Below, piece after piece: positions 12,919 through 22,738 of a DNA stretch of 64,000 nt. Made by a program: the position numbers and the translations under genes. The stretch comes from an uncultured bacterium (GTDB lineage Bacteria > Verrucomicrobiota > Verrucomicrobiia > Limisphaerales > UBA8199), in the NCBI GenBank assembly GCA_963749495.1, contig CAVVMW010000023.1:64001-128000 (forward strand), written 5' to 3'. Within the stretch, counting starts at the first letter, position 1; every line of letters starts with the position of its first letter. The notes under the pieces are model-generated. The model made no database searches, was not told the DNA's origin, and worked only from the letters and a program-made list of their open reading frames with translations.

Positions 12919-13006
12919 CTTCGTTTCCTTTGTTTCCTTCTGTTCTTTTCCTGCGTCCCGCCGGCTGGGCACAGGAACAGAACAGAAGGAAACAAAGGAA
13001 ACGAAG
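12919..13006. repeat. Inverted nonamer arrays (CCTTYGTTT)x3 ... (AACAAAGGA-like)x3
   Basis: cttcgtttcctttgtttccttctgtt pairs perfectly with aacagaaggaaacaaaggaaacgaag. Confidence 0.85.
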
Positions 13007-13188
13007 AGGCGGCCTGATCCGGCGCCATCGATCGGGTCCGTGCCGGTTCGTATCTGGATTCCTAGACGTTCTTTGTGACGAAGGCCCGGCAAAATCCATG
13101 CCGTGAAGATTGTTGTCCTGCGCCCGGCTCGCCGATTCGTTGCTTTTTGCTCTTGTGAATCCTCTGCTCCCGGCTGTAACAAGGGCGC

Positions 13189-13826
13189 GTGAGTTCCAAA
13201 GACACATTCCGGGTCGGCGTGCTGGGGTCGGGGACGGGCTCGAATTTCGTGGCGATAGCCGAGGGGTGCGCCTCGGGCCGGATACCGGCGGAGGTGGCGC
13301 TGGTGCTGAGCAACGTGCCGGAGGCGGGCATTCTGGAGCGCGCGCGGGAGCGGAACATCCCGGCGCGGTTTATCGCGCCGGGCAAGTTCCGCACACGGCT
13401 GGACCAAGAGGCCGAGCGGGCTTACATCGAGGCGTTGCGCGAGGCCGCTGTGGACTTGGTCGCGCTGGCCGGGTTCATGCGCGTGCTCAAGGGCGAGTTC
13501 CTGCGCGCCTTTGAAGGGCGGATTCTCAACATCCATCCCTCGCTGCTCCCGTCATTTCCCGGGCTCGCGGCCTGGGACCAGGCGCTGGCCCACGGGGTCA
13601 AAGTGACCGGCTGCACGGTGCATTTCGTCGATGCCGGCGTGGACTCGGGCCCATCCTCGGCCAGCAAGCCGTGCCGGTGCTGGATGAGGACACGCCGGAG
13701 ACACTGCACCAGCGCATCCACGCGGCCGAGCACGACCTCTATCCCGCGTGCATCGCGGCCATCGCGCGCGGCCAGGTCAAGGTGTCGGGCCGGCGCGTGA
13801 GCGTCGCGATGCGGCAAGGGTCGTGA
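13189..13826 (+). CDS. purN: Phosphoribosylglycinamide formyltransferase; frameshift ~13651
   Basis: [47 protein letters not shown]; the shifted frame gives [27 protein letters not shown]. Confidence 0.95.
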
Positions 13827-13853
13827 AGGCGCGGGCGTGGAGTCCCCGGCGAA

Positions 13854-14000
13854 CCCCTCACCCCGACCCTCTCCCCTTCCGAAGGGGAGAGGGGGAAGCG
13901 TCGGCAGTCTCTGGGAATTCCAGGCGTCTCCGCTTTCTCAAGCCGCTACCCAGAATTCTCCCTCTCCCCTTCGGAAGGGGATAGGGTCGGGGTGAGGGGT
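13854..14000. repeat. REP-like doublet, family D (CCCTCACCCCGACCCTCTCCCCTTCCGAAGGGGAGAGGG and its inverse)
   Basis: Two inverted hairpin-containing arms between convergent genes. Confidence 0.85.
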
Positions 14001-14061
14001 CTGCCCGCCGGATCGCCCGCGCCCTCAGTGAGGCATTACGCTCGTTTCTCTTTTTCGGCAA

Positions 14062-15240
14062 TCATTTCGCCTGGAGCAGGACCTTGGTGTCGGTCTTTGT
14101 GTTGATGGCCTGTTTCTGGGCCCCCATGTCCGCAGTTGCCGAGACCTCGCTGTGCACATCAACGGTGCTCTGCTCTGGCAGGAGTTGGCCGAGATCGCGG
14201 GTAGCAGTGCCGGTGCTGGTGACGGCCATTTTCGACAGATTGATTGTGACCCCCTGCATCGCCGGGCTCTGAATCTTCTGGTTGGCAGCGTGTTGAGTGA
14301 GTGTGCTCTTGGTGATGACCTTCTCGTCTTCGAGGGAGACCAACTCAATCGTGCCCGTTTGGTCGGCAGTCACGCCTTGGGTCTTGACGGCCATCTTGAC
14401 CTCCCATTTGGCGCCGGGACCCACGGCCTGTTCGGGCAGCGGAGTCTCCACCATCGAGAAAACGTCCTTGATACCATCCACGGCCTGGGCGAGCCAGGGG
14501 TTGGTGCCAGCCGAGGCCTTCATCTGCGTGCCTTTGACCATCCCACGGTCGGACAGGGTCAGAGTGCCCGAGATCCCGTTGAAGCTGGAGACCGCCTTCT
14601 TCATCTCCTCGACCAATTTGGGCGCGGAGCCCGGCTCATCGAGCACACTGGCCTGGCCCATGGCCAATTCACAGGTGATATCGCCTTCGGGCGAGACGCT
14701 CTTGACGGTGGCATTCAAGGCCAGCTTGATGGCCGGGAGTTTCAGCGACGGGCCGCCTGCACCCATGCCCGTGGCCGTCTTGAAAGTCACCTCCAGGGTC
14801 TGCTTATCACCGGGCTTGGGATGGAGGCGCAGGACTTTGCGCGGTTCGGCGCCCGCCTCGAGCAACTTCACCGGCGAGGCCGCGTCGGACGCGGATTCCT
14901 GCGCGGCGGCGGCGGGGCCGGTCTTGGCCGGGGTGGCGAGTTTCCGGGACAAGCCGTCCAACTTTTCGGCCACGAAATTGAATCGGTAAGTCACCGCCTC
15001 GCGATTCCAGGCCGGGTTGTCCTTCTTGATGCCCTGCAGGACTTTCCAGGCCTCGCGGTACTTGTCCAGGGCCGGGCCGGTTTGGCCGCCGCTCTCCAGG
15101 TTGTCGGCTTGTTGAATGATCTTGAGGACCCGCAGGTAGAGATCGCCCGGCTCGTCGGCCCCCGCCGGCCGGGCAGAGGTCAACATCAGCGCCGCGAAGA
15201 GGCCCAGGCAGAAAATCCATCCGAAGCGGATCTTTTTCAC
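14062..15240 (-). CDS. Exported protein, DUF6263-like C-terminal region
   Basis: GTG start followed by a signal peptide (KKIRFGWIFCLGLFAALMLTSARPAGA); VKLLEAGAEPRKVLR and PLPEQAVGPGAKW motifs. Confidence 0.6.
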   Translation of the reverse strand: MKKIRFGWIFCLGLFAALMLTSARPAGADEPGDLYLRVLKIIQQADNLESGGQTGPALDKYREAWKVLQGIKKDNPAWNREAVTYRFNFVAEKLDGLSRKLATPAKTGPAAAAQESASDAASPVKLLEAGAEPRKVLRLHPKPGDKQTLEVTFKTATGMGAGGPSLKLPAIKLALNATVKSVSPEGDITCELAMGQASVLDEPGSAPKLVEEMKKAVSSFNGISGTLTLSDRGMVKGTQMKASAGTNPWLAQAVDGIKDVFSMVETPLPEQAVGPGAKWEVKMAVKTQGVTADQTGTIELVSLEDEKVITKSTLTQHAANQKIQSPAMQGVTINLSKMAVTSTGTATRDLGQLLPEQSTVDVHSEVSATADMGAQKQAINTKTDTKVLLQAK

Positions 15241-15430
15241 GGGGCGCAAGCTAATATGGCGGGCGCGAAATTGCGATACATTTATTCCAGATTCGCATCG
15301 ACTTGAGGGCGCCGGCAGGCCATTGTATGGGGCCGGCGCAATGTGCCCGACAGTCCGTGTGGGCAGCACCCGAAATCCGAGAACAGAGCCGCCTCACCGC
15401 CTTGCTGTGGCAGGGGGGTGAGGAGGTCAG

Positions 15431-18085
15431 ATGCGTGCCATGCCTGGTCACAAGAACCTGACCGGCCAAGGCGCGGCGGACCCCCTGGTGGAGGCGGCGG
15501 CCCGGGAGAGCGGCGAGGTGCTGCTGGGGCTGGGCACCTCGACGGGAGGGTTGACCGAGGAAGATGCGGCGGCACGGCTGGAGCGATACGGCCCCAATGA
15601 AGTGGGGCGCGAGAAGGAGCAGGGTTGGGCAGGGCGGTTCTACCTGGCGGCGCGCAACCCGCTGGTGATCCTGCTGACGGTGCTGGCGGTCCTTTCGTTT
15701 GCCGCGCAGGATTTTCGGGCGGGGACGGTGATGCTGTTGATGGTGGTGCTGGGGATGTCGCTGCGGCTGGTGCAGGAGACGCGCGCGGACACGGCGGCGG
15801 CCAAGCTCAAGGCGATGATCCGGGTGACGGCAACGGTGGTGCGCCGTGGGCAGGCCCGGGAGATCCCGCTCAAGGAGTTAGTGCCCGGGGACCTCGTCAA
15901 ACTCTCGGCCGGGGACATGGTTCCGGGGGACGTGCGCCTGACCTCGGCCAAGGACCTGTTCGTCATCCAGGCGACGCTCACGGGCGAATCGTTGCCGGTC
16001 GAGAAGACCGATGAGCGGGACGCACGGGACAACGTCTCGGCCATCGAGCGCAGCAACCTCTGTTTCCTGGGCACCAGCGTCGAGAGCGGCTCGGCCAGCG
16101 CGGTCATCATCGCGACCGGGCCGCAGACGTATCTGGGACGGGTGGCGCGCAGCCTGGGCGGCCAGCCGGCGGAGACGGCCTTCGACCGCGGGGTCAAGAA
16201 GTTCACCTGGCTGATGATCCGGTTCATGCTGGTGCTGGTGCCGCTGGTCTTCCTGATCAATGGCTTGACCAAGCAGGATTGGGGCAAGGCCTTTTTCTTT
16301 GCCCTGGCGGTGGCCGTGGGACTGACGCCCGAAATGCTGCCGATGATCGTCTCGGTCTGCCTGTCCAAAGGGGCGCTGATCATGTCGCGCAAGCAGGTCA
16401 TCGTCAAGCGCCTCAACTCGATTCAGAACTTCGGGGCGATGGACGTTCTGTGCACGGACAAGACGGGGACGTTGACGATGGATCACGTGATCCTGGAGAT
16501 CTACTGCGACGTGTTCAAGAACGAGAGCGAGGAGGTGCTGCGGGATGCCTACTTGATCAGCCACTTCCAGACGGGGCTCAAGAACGTCCTGGACCGGGCG
16601 GTGCTGCAGCACCAGGAGCTGCACGGGCAATTGTCCCTGGACCAGTACACGAAGGTGGACGAGATCCCGTTTGATTTTTCGCGGCGGATGATGTCGGTGG
16701 CGGTGGAGGGTCCCAGCGGGCAGCGCCAACTGCTGACCAAGGGCGCGCCGGAGGCGGTCTTTGCCCAGTGCACCGCCTTCGAGAGCCAGGGCGAGATCTT
16801 CCCCATGGAGCCGATCCTGGTGGGCAACCTGATCGAGCAGGTCAACGACCTGAGCGAGGACGGGTTCCGGGTGCTGGCGGTGGCAACGCGCAAGCTGGAC
16901 AAGCGCCCGGCGTATTCGAAGGCGGACGAGAAGGAGTTGGTGTTGACGGGCTACCTGGCATTTCTGGACCCGCCCAAGGAGACGGCCGCCAAGGCCATTA
17001 CGGCGCTGTGTCAGTACGGGATAACGGTGAAGGTGCTGACCGGCGACAATGACCTGGTGACGCGGAAGGTCTGCCGGGAGGTGGGGATCAGCGCGGAGAA
17101 GATCGTGCTGGGCAGCCAAGTGGAGGCGATGACGGACCCGCAACTGGCGGAGGCGGTGGAGACAACGGCGGTGTTTGCGCGGCTCTCGCCGGCGCACAAG
17201 CAGCGGATCGTGCAGGCCCTGCAGCGCGCCAGGCACGTGGTGGGATTCATCGGGGATGGGATCAACGATGCCCCGGCGTTGCGGACGGCGGACGTCGGGA
17301 TATCGGTCGACAACGCGGTGGACATCGCCAAGGAATCGGCGGATGTCATCCTCCTGGAGAAGAGCCTGATGGTGCTGGAGGAGGGGGTGCTGGAGGGACG
17401 CAAGGTCTTCGCGAACATCCTGAAGTACATCCGGATGGGGGCCAGCTCGAACTTCGGGAACATGTTCAGCGTGATCGGCGCCAGCGCCTGGCTGCCGTAC
17501 CTGCCGATGGCCCCCATCCAGGTCCTGACGAACAGCCTGCTTTATGATTTCTCGCAGGTGCCGATCCCCACCAACAATGTCGGTCTCCAGCAGATCGCCA
17601 AGCCGCGCCCATGGCACATTGGCGAGATCGCCCGGTTCATCGTCACCATCGGCCCGATCAGCTCGATCTTCGACTACACCACCTACGCGATCATGTGGTT
17701 CGTCTTCCAGTGCAGCCAGTTGAACCTGCTGGCTCCGCCGGAGCTGGCGGGCCGCTTTTCCAGGCCCGGGGCAGAACCTTATGCGGCGGCGCTCTTCCAC
17801 ACCGGCTGGTTCGTCGAGTCGCTCATGACGCAGACGCTCATCATCCACGTGATCCGGACCAATCTGATCCCGTTCATTCAATCGCGCGCCAGTTGGCAGT
17901 TGACGCTCACGACGCTGCTGATCATGGCCTTTGGCGCGGTCCTGCCCTATTCGCCCCTGGCGGCTCCGCTCGGCTTTGTGCCGCTGCCCCCGCTCTACTG
18001 GCTGCTGTTATTGCTGACCCTGGCCTGCTACGTGGGCCTGACCCAACTAGTCAAGATGTGGCTGATTCGCAAGGCATGGGTCTAA
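15431..18085 (+). CDS. mgtA: Magnesium-translocating P-type ATPase
   Basis: TGES, GLTPEMLPMIV, DKTGTLT, GDGINDAPAL and YIRMGASSNFGNMFSV motifs; AGGAGG upstream. Confidence 0.95.
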   Translation: MRAMPGHKNLTGQGAADPLVEAAARESGEVLLGLGTSTGGLTEEDAAARLERYGPNEVGREKEQGWAGRFYLAARNPLVILLTVLAVLSFAAQDFRAGTVMLLMVVLGMSLRLVQETRADTAAAKLKAMIRVTATVVRRGQAREIPLKELVPGDLVKLSAGDMVPGDVRLTSAKDLFVIQATLTGESLPVEKTDERDARDNVSAIERSNLCFLGTSVESGSASAVIIATGPQTYLGRVARSLGGQPAETAFDRGVKKFTWLMIRFMLVLVPLVFLINGLTKQDWGKAFFFALAVAVGLTPEMLPMIVSVCLSKGALIMSRKQVIVKRLNSIQNFGAMDVLCTDKTGTLTMDHVILEIYCDVFKNESEEVLRDAYLISHFQTGLKNVLDRAVLQHQELHGQLSLDQYTKVDEIPFDFSRRMMSVAVEGPSGQRQLLTKGAPEAVFAQCTAFESQGEIFPMEPILVGNLIEQVNDLSEDGFRVLAVATRKLDKRPAYSKADEKELVLTGYLAFLDPPKETAAKAITALCQYGITVKVLTGDNDLVTRKVCREVGISAEKIVLGSQVEAMTDPQLAEAVETTAVFARLSPAHKQRIVQALQRARHVVGFIGDGINDAPALRTADVGISVDNAVDIAKESADVILLEKSLMVLEEGVLEGRKVFANILKYIRMGASSNFGNMFSVIGASAWLPYLPMAPIQVLTNSLLYDFSQVPIPTNNVGLQQIAKPRPWHIGEIARFIVTIGPISSIFDYTTYAIMWFVFQCSQLNLLAPPELAGRFSRPGAEPYAAALFHTGWFVESLMTQTLIIHVIRTNLIPFIQSRASWQLTLTTLLIMAFGAVLPYSPLAAPLGFVPLPPLYWLLLLLTLACYVGLTQLVKMWLIRKAWV

Positions 18086-18122
18086 ACGCCCTCTATACCC
18101 CTTTTCATTCGGCTGCGCATCG

Positions 18123-18246
18123 GAGGACTGAATGACGAATGACGAATGACGAATGACGAATGGCAAAGCCGGCGGATCGGTGTGCAATTTCGTCATTCGT
18201 CATTCGTCATTCGTCATTCGTCATTCGTCATTCGGGAAACTCCTGC
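18123..18246. repeat. Inverted heptamer module (GAATGAC)x4 - spacer - (TTCGTCA)x6
   Basis: Seen directly; reverse-complement homolog with the same unique flanks at 61534-61643. Confidence 0.92.
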
Positions 18247-18274
18247 CCTTGGGATTGAAAACAGGTGTAAGCCC

Positions 18275-19051
18275 TCACTCGAAGCTGGTGGCGGCGCCGG
18301 CCTTGGAGGCCAGCCACTTCTCGTAAGCGGCGGGCGATTCCACGACCACGAACCCCTGCGACATGTTCGAGTGGCCCATGCCGCAGAGTTGGGCGCAGTT
18401 GACTTGGAAGCGGCCCTCGCGCGTGGGCCGGAACCAGAGGGGAATGCGCATGCCCGGGATGGCGTCCTGCGTCACCCGGAAGGCGATGACCTTGAACGAG
18501 TGTACAACGTCCTTCGAGGAGATGTAGAGGACGACCGGCCTGAACCGGCCGTCGGGGTTTCTCACCAGCGGGACGTGGATTTCGTTGAGCGTCTGGACGT
18601 CGTCTTTGCCGTGGGGGTCGTTCGGGTCAACGCCGAAGACGTTCTCGGAGGTGACCCAGCGCATGTCCTGCTTGCCGAAGATGCCGTCCGCGCCGGGATA
18701 GCGCACGTTCCAGACAAACTGCTGGGCGACAATCTGGATGACCGTGGATTCGCTTGCCTTGGGGAGCTTGTCAACCGCCCCGGCCCAAAAGGGAATCGAC
18801 AGGCCGAACAACAGCACGCCCTCGACCGCTGCCACCCCAACCTCGACATAGGTCGAGAGATGGCTCTTGACCCCGGTGTAATCCGCCCGCGGATTGCGCG
18901 AGCCGCGAAAACGGAACAGGGCAAAGAGGAAATACGCCGACCATCCCACAAACAACACGATCATGAGCCAGTGGACATAGACAATCAGATCGTCAATGTG
19001 CCGGCCCTGCTCCGAGGCCACGACCGGAAGTCCCAAGAGTTTTTCGATCAT
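18275..19051 (-). CDS. coxB: Cytochrome c oxidase subunit II
   Basis: Two TM helices, QQFVWNVRYPG, SKDVVHSF, CuA motif CAQLCGMGHSNM. Confidence 0.93.
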   Translation of the reverse strand: MIEKLLGLPVVASEQGRHIDDLIVYVHWLMIVLFVGWSAYFLFALFRFRGSRNPRADYTGVKSHLSTYVEVGVAAVEGVLLFGLSIPFWAGAVDKLPKASESTVIQIVAQQFVWNVRYPGADGIFGKQDMRWVTSENVFGVDPNDPHGKDDVQTLNEIHVPLVRNPDGRFRPVVLYISSKDVVHSFKVIAFRVTQDAIPGMRIPLWFRPTREGRFQVNCAQLCGMGHSNMSQGFVVVESPAAYEKWLASKAGAATSFE

Positions 19052-19557
19052 AGATTATCCCTCGCGGCCAAGACCGCCGACCTCCTGGCCAGGTGGATGA
19101 AAAAGGCGCCGATGCCCCCGAGCACCAAGAGGATGATTGCCAGCAAGCTCGCGATTCCCCAGTTCATCCCCCGAGCCATCGCCGAGTCGCTTTGCCCATA
19201 ACAGGCGGCGCAAGCCAGCAGCGAATGTGGCGACAGCGCCAGCCCGAGAATCGCACACCACGGGATGGCGCGGGCGCATCGCGCCGCCGCGCCCCAATTC
19301 CTTTGCCCGGATGGAGCGCCCGCGCGGAGCGCGGCACTCTCCAGCCCCGAAGGGGCGGCAAGATAATAGCCCAGGGCAAGGCCCCTCCCGCTCCGAGCGG
19401 GACGGGCCGCCGCCCTGGGTAGCGGCGAAAAACAGATCACCCCCCTCCCATGTGCTCCGAGCGCATGGGAGGGGGGAAGGGGGGTGGGCTTCCCGCCCCG
19501 CTCGCGGGCGCTGTCGGGATACTGCTGGACGGAACTGTGCTGCCACCGCCCCCTCAT
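19048..19557 (-). CDS. Small cox-operon membrane protein (ACAACYG..MNWGI + TM) with a REP-derived N-terminal insert
   Basis: ATG overlaps the upstream stop (ATGA at 19554-19557) and the stop overlaps the coxB start; the CxxC + TM core lies in the last ~55 aa. Confidence 0.65.
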   Translation of the reverse strand: MRGRWQHSSVQQYPDSARERGGKPTPLPPSHALGAHGRGVICFSPLPRAAARPARSGRGLALGYYLAAPSGLESAALRAGAPSGQRNWGAAARCARAIPWCAILGLALSPHSLLACAACYGQSDSAMARGMNWGIASLLAIILLVLGGIGAFFIHLARRSAVLAARDNL

Positions 19558-19763
19558 AGGTTGCTCACATTCTTGAGCTTCCTGAGAACATAACGCCCGT
19601 AGAGGAGCAGGGCCACTCCCGCCGCGGCCGAACCTAACGCGAAGGCCAGGTCCGGCCAGCGGCCGGCAGCGGACGAGTAATTGGCCAGGCCCCACATGCC
19701 GCAGCCGAAGGCCAGGATGCTGGCCAGGGCGATGAAAACCAGGTGGAACGTCTTGAGCGACAT
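19554..19763 (-). CDS. Small two-TM cox-operon protein
   Basis: MSLKTFHLVFIALAS... with two hydrophobic helices; operonic spacing. Confidence 0.75.
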   Translation of the reverse strand: MSLKTFHLVFIALASILAFGCGMWGLANYSSAAGRWPDLAFALGSAAAGVALLLYGRYVLRKLKNVSNL

Positions 19764-19770
19764 GCCGGGG

Positions 19771-20133
19771 TCAATGGGTAATGGTGTGCGGGGGGAAATC
19801 GGCGAAGGACAAAATCGTCAGGAACATCAGCCCGACAAAGAAAAAGGCCGTGAAGGCCATGATGCCGCAGATCATCTTCCGCTCGGAGATGAGGTGCATG
19901 AAGAAACAGGCCACCAGGGAGGCCTTGCTGAGGGCGATGAACAGGGCGACGGCGATGTTGATCTCGCGGTTGCCGAAGGGGACATAGGAGGCCGCCACGG
20001 TGATGAGGGTCCCGAAGATCAGTGCGTAAAAGACATACAGGTAGCGGCGGACGTGCAGCGCGAAGGTGTCGTGGGACGGGGCGTTCATAGCTCGGAGGTT
20101 GCGTGCGTTCAACGGTTGGAGATGAGTCGTCAT
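19771..20133 (-). CDS. Cytochrome c oxidase subunit IV family protein
   Basis: YLYVFYALIFGTLITVAAS..ALFIALSKASLVACFFMHL; TAATG overlap with the coxC stop. Confidence 0.85.
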   Translation of the reverse strand: MTTHLQPLNARNLRAMNAPSHDTFALHVRRYLYVFYALIFGTLITVAASYVPFGNREINIAVALFIALSKASLVACFFMHLISERKMICGIMAFTAFFFVGLMFLTILSFADFPPHTITH

Positions 20134-20909
20134 TATAACAAGTATAACACCGGAAACAGGAATATCCAGACCAGGTCGACGAAATGCCAGAAGAGGCCGG
20201 AGATTTCGATGCGGTTGGCAAACCGCTCGGGGTCCCGGCGCCAGAGCGCGCTGCCGGGGCCCCACAGGAAGCCGATGACGATGGCCCCGCCGATAACGTG
20301 GAGGGCGTGCAGGCCGGTGAGGGTGAAATAGATGGCCAGGTAAGCGTGGTGCCACGGGCCATAGTTCTGCATCTTAACGATCTGCGAGCGGGTGAGGGTG
20401 ATTTCCTCGCGTTTGTGGGAGGCGCCGGGGGCGCGCAGGTCGAAGAGTTCTTTGCGGTCGGCTACGATGCGGCCGTGAATGACAACGTGGTCCGGCGTGC
20501 TCTGAACGAGGTGGCCGTCGGCGAAGCGCCCGTCCTTGAGCGCGATTTCGTAGTGGGTGAACTTGTCGTGGTATTCGTAGGACTTGATGCCGACGAAGGT
20601 CATGGCGAGCAGGAGAGTGCAGGCATGGAAAAACTTGAATCGGGCGAATTGGTTCATCTTGCAGGCGGCCCAGGCCATGACGGTGGTGATGCTGGAGGTG
20701 ATGAGGACCAGGGTATTGACGGTGCCGACGGGGATGTTGAGCCAGCCATGGGGCCAGAAACCATCCTCCGACCCGGTGCGCAAGAGGATGTAGGCGGAAA
20801 AGAGCGCGCCAAACAACATGACCTCGGAAGCCAGGAACAGCCAGACGCCGACCTTGCCGTTGTAAAGGCCGGTGTCGGGGCGGAGGGCGACGGTGTAGGG
20901 GATGTCCAT
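20133..20909 (-). CDS. coxC: Cytochrome c oxidase subunit III
   Basis: WLFLASEVMLFGALF, YFTLTGLHALHV, FWHFVDLVWIFLFPVLY. Confidence 0.93.
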   Translation of the reverse strand: MDIPYTVALRPDTGLYNGKVGVWLFLASEVMLFGALFSAYILLRTGSEDGFWPHGWLNIPVGTVNTLVLITSSITTVMAWAACKMNQFARFKFFHACTLLLAMTFVGIKSYEYHDKFTHYEIALKDGRFADGHLVQSTPDHVVIHGRIVADRKELFDLRAPGASHKREEITLTRSQIVKMQNYGPWHHAYLAIYFTLTGLHALHVIGGAIVIGFLWGPGSALWRRDPERFANRIEISGLFWHFVDLVWIFLFPVLYLL

Positions 20910-20917
20910 GGTTCTGC

Positions 20918-22735
20918 TTATGCGGCTTCGTTCTGCGGGGTGAAGTCCCGGTCATGGCCTGGGACGCTGTATTCGTAAGGGCCGCGGCGGACCTCGGGTG
21001 GGGTGGCGAAGTTGCCGTGCGGGGGCGGGGTGGGTGTCTGCCATTCCAGGGTGGTGGCCTCCCAGGGATTATCGGACTGGGCCAACCGGCCATGCTTGAT
21101 GCTCCAGAAAAAGTTGATGATGAAAGGGGCCTGGCCCAGGGCCAGGCCCACGGCAGCCCAGAGGATGTAAGTGTGCAACCCCATGACATACGGGCTCAGG
21201 CCGCCGATGGCCTCGGGCACGCGCGCCTGGGAATAATTGGCGCCCCCATCGTACATGCGCCGCAACATGCCCGCCATGCCCTGGGCAAACATCGGCTGGA
21301 AGATGAGGTTCATGAAGATAAACGACGACCAGAAATGCACCTTGCCCCAAAAATCGTTCATGAAGCGCCCGGTCACCTTGGGATACCAGTGATAGAGACC
21401 GGCGAAGAGGGCGAAGATAGTGCCCGGGGCGACGATGTAGTGGAAATGGGCGATGACGTAGTAGGTGTCGTGCAGGTGGATGTCGGCGGTGCTCAGGCCC
21501 AGCGGCAGGCCGGTCAGGCCCCCAATGCCGAACATGGGCAGGAAGGCCATCACAAAGAGCATCGGTGTGGTGAAGCGAATCGCCCCGCCCCACAGCGAAA
21601 TGAACATGCAGGTGAGGATGATGACCGAGGGGATCGAGATGAGCATCGTGGTCGTCTGGAAAAAGGCCGAGATCGTCGTGCCCATCCCGGTCAGATACAT
21701 GTGATGGGCCCAGACGATGAACGAGAGGAAGCCGATGCTCAGCGCCGAATAGACCAGGGACTTGTAGCCCCACAACGGTTTGCGGGTGTTGTTGGCGATG
21801 ACTTCGGCGACGATCCCCATCGCCGGGAGGATCAACACATAGACCTCCGGGTGCGCCAGGAACCAGAACAGGTGCTGCCAGAGCAAGGGGCTGCCACCGC
21901 CGCTCACCCCGGCCAAACCGCCCCCAACCGCCAGGCCCGTCGGCAGGAAAAAGCTGGTGTGGGCAACCTTGTCCATGAGCTGCATGATGGCGGCCGCCTC
22001 CAGGGGCGGAAAGGCCAGCAACAGCAGAAACGCCGTCACGAACTGCGCCCACACGAAAAACGGCAGCCGCATCCACGTCATCCCCGGGGCGCGCAACTGG
22101 ATGACCGTGGCAATGAAATTCACGGCGCCCAGCAGCAACGAGCAAATGAGAAAGACCATCCCGATGATCCAGAACGTCTGGCCGTCGGTCGGAATGGCCT
22201 CGGCCAGCGGCGGATACGAGGTCCAGCCGGCCTGGGCGGCGCCGCCGGGAATGAAAAAGCTGACCAACATGACAATGCCGCCAATGACGTAAAACTGGTA
22301 GCTGGCCATGTTCACACGCGGAAAGGCCATGTCCGGCGCCCCGATTTGCAGCGGCACCAGGTAATTGCCGAACGCCGCGAAGGCCAGCGGCACTATCGCC
22401 AGAAACACCATGATCGTGCCGTGCATCGCCCCGAACGAGTTGTAGAGGTCCGGCGAGATCGTCCCTTTTGCGGCCACCTCCCCAAGGACTGACTCCAGCA
22501 GCGGCCCCACCAGCGGCACCGGCTGGCCCGGGTGCGCGATCTGCCAGCGCATCATGAGCATCAGCAGGAAACCGAACAGCAGAAAACACAGCGCCGTCAT
22601 CCCATACTGCAGCCCGATCACCTTGTGGTCGGTCGAAAAGACATAGTGTCTCCAAAACCCGCCTTCTTCGTGCGCCGCCGCTCCGGCCGGCGCGTGAGGG
22701 TCAGAGTGAGCCTGAGTGGGAGGAACAGCCTGCAT
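20918..22735 (-). CDS. coxA: Cytochrome c oxidase subunit I (type A1)
   Basis: FSTDHKVIG, HGTIMVF, GWTSYPPL, HPEVYVLILP, WAHHM, HDTYYVIAHFHY. Confidence 0.97.
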   Translation of the reverse strand: MQAVPPTQAHSDPHAPAGAAAHEEGGFWRHYVFSTDHKVIGLQYGMTALCFLLFGFLLMLMMRWQIAHPGQPVPLVGPLLESVLGEVAAKGTISPDLYNSFGAMHGTIMVFLAIVPLAFAAFGNYLVPLQIGAPDMAFPRVNMASYQFYVIGGIVMLVSFFIPGGAAQAGWTSYPPLAEAIPTDGQTFWIIGMVFLICSLLLGAVNFIATVIQLRAPGMTWMRLPFFVWAQFVTAFLLLLAFPPLEAAAIMQLMDKVAHTSFFLPTGLAVGGGLAGVSGGGSPLLWQHLFWFLAHPEVYVLILPAMGIVAEVIANNTRKPLWGYKSLVYSALSIGFLSFIVWAHHMYLTGMGTTISAFFQTTTMLISIPSVIILTCMFISLWGGAIRFTTPMLFVMAFLPMFGIGGLTGLPLGLSTADIHLHDTYYVIAHFHYIVAPGTIFALFAGLYHWYPKVTGRFMNDFWGKVHFWSSFIFMNLIFQPMFAQGMAGMLRRMYDGGANYSQARVPEAIGGLSPYVMGLHTYILWAAVGLALGQAPFIINFFWSIKHGRLAQSDNPWEATTLEWQTPTPPPHGNFATPPEVRRGPYEYSVPGHDRDFTPQNEAA

Positions 22736-22738
22736 GAG

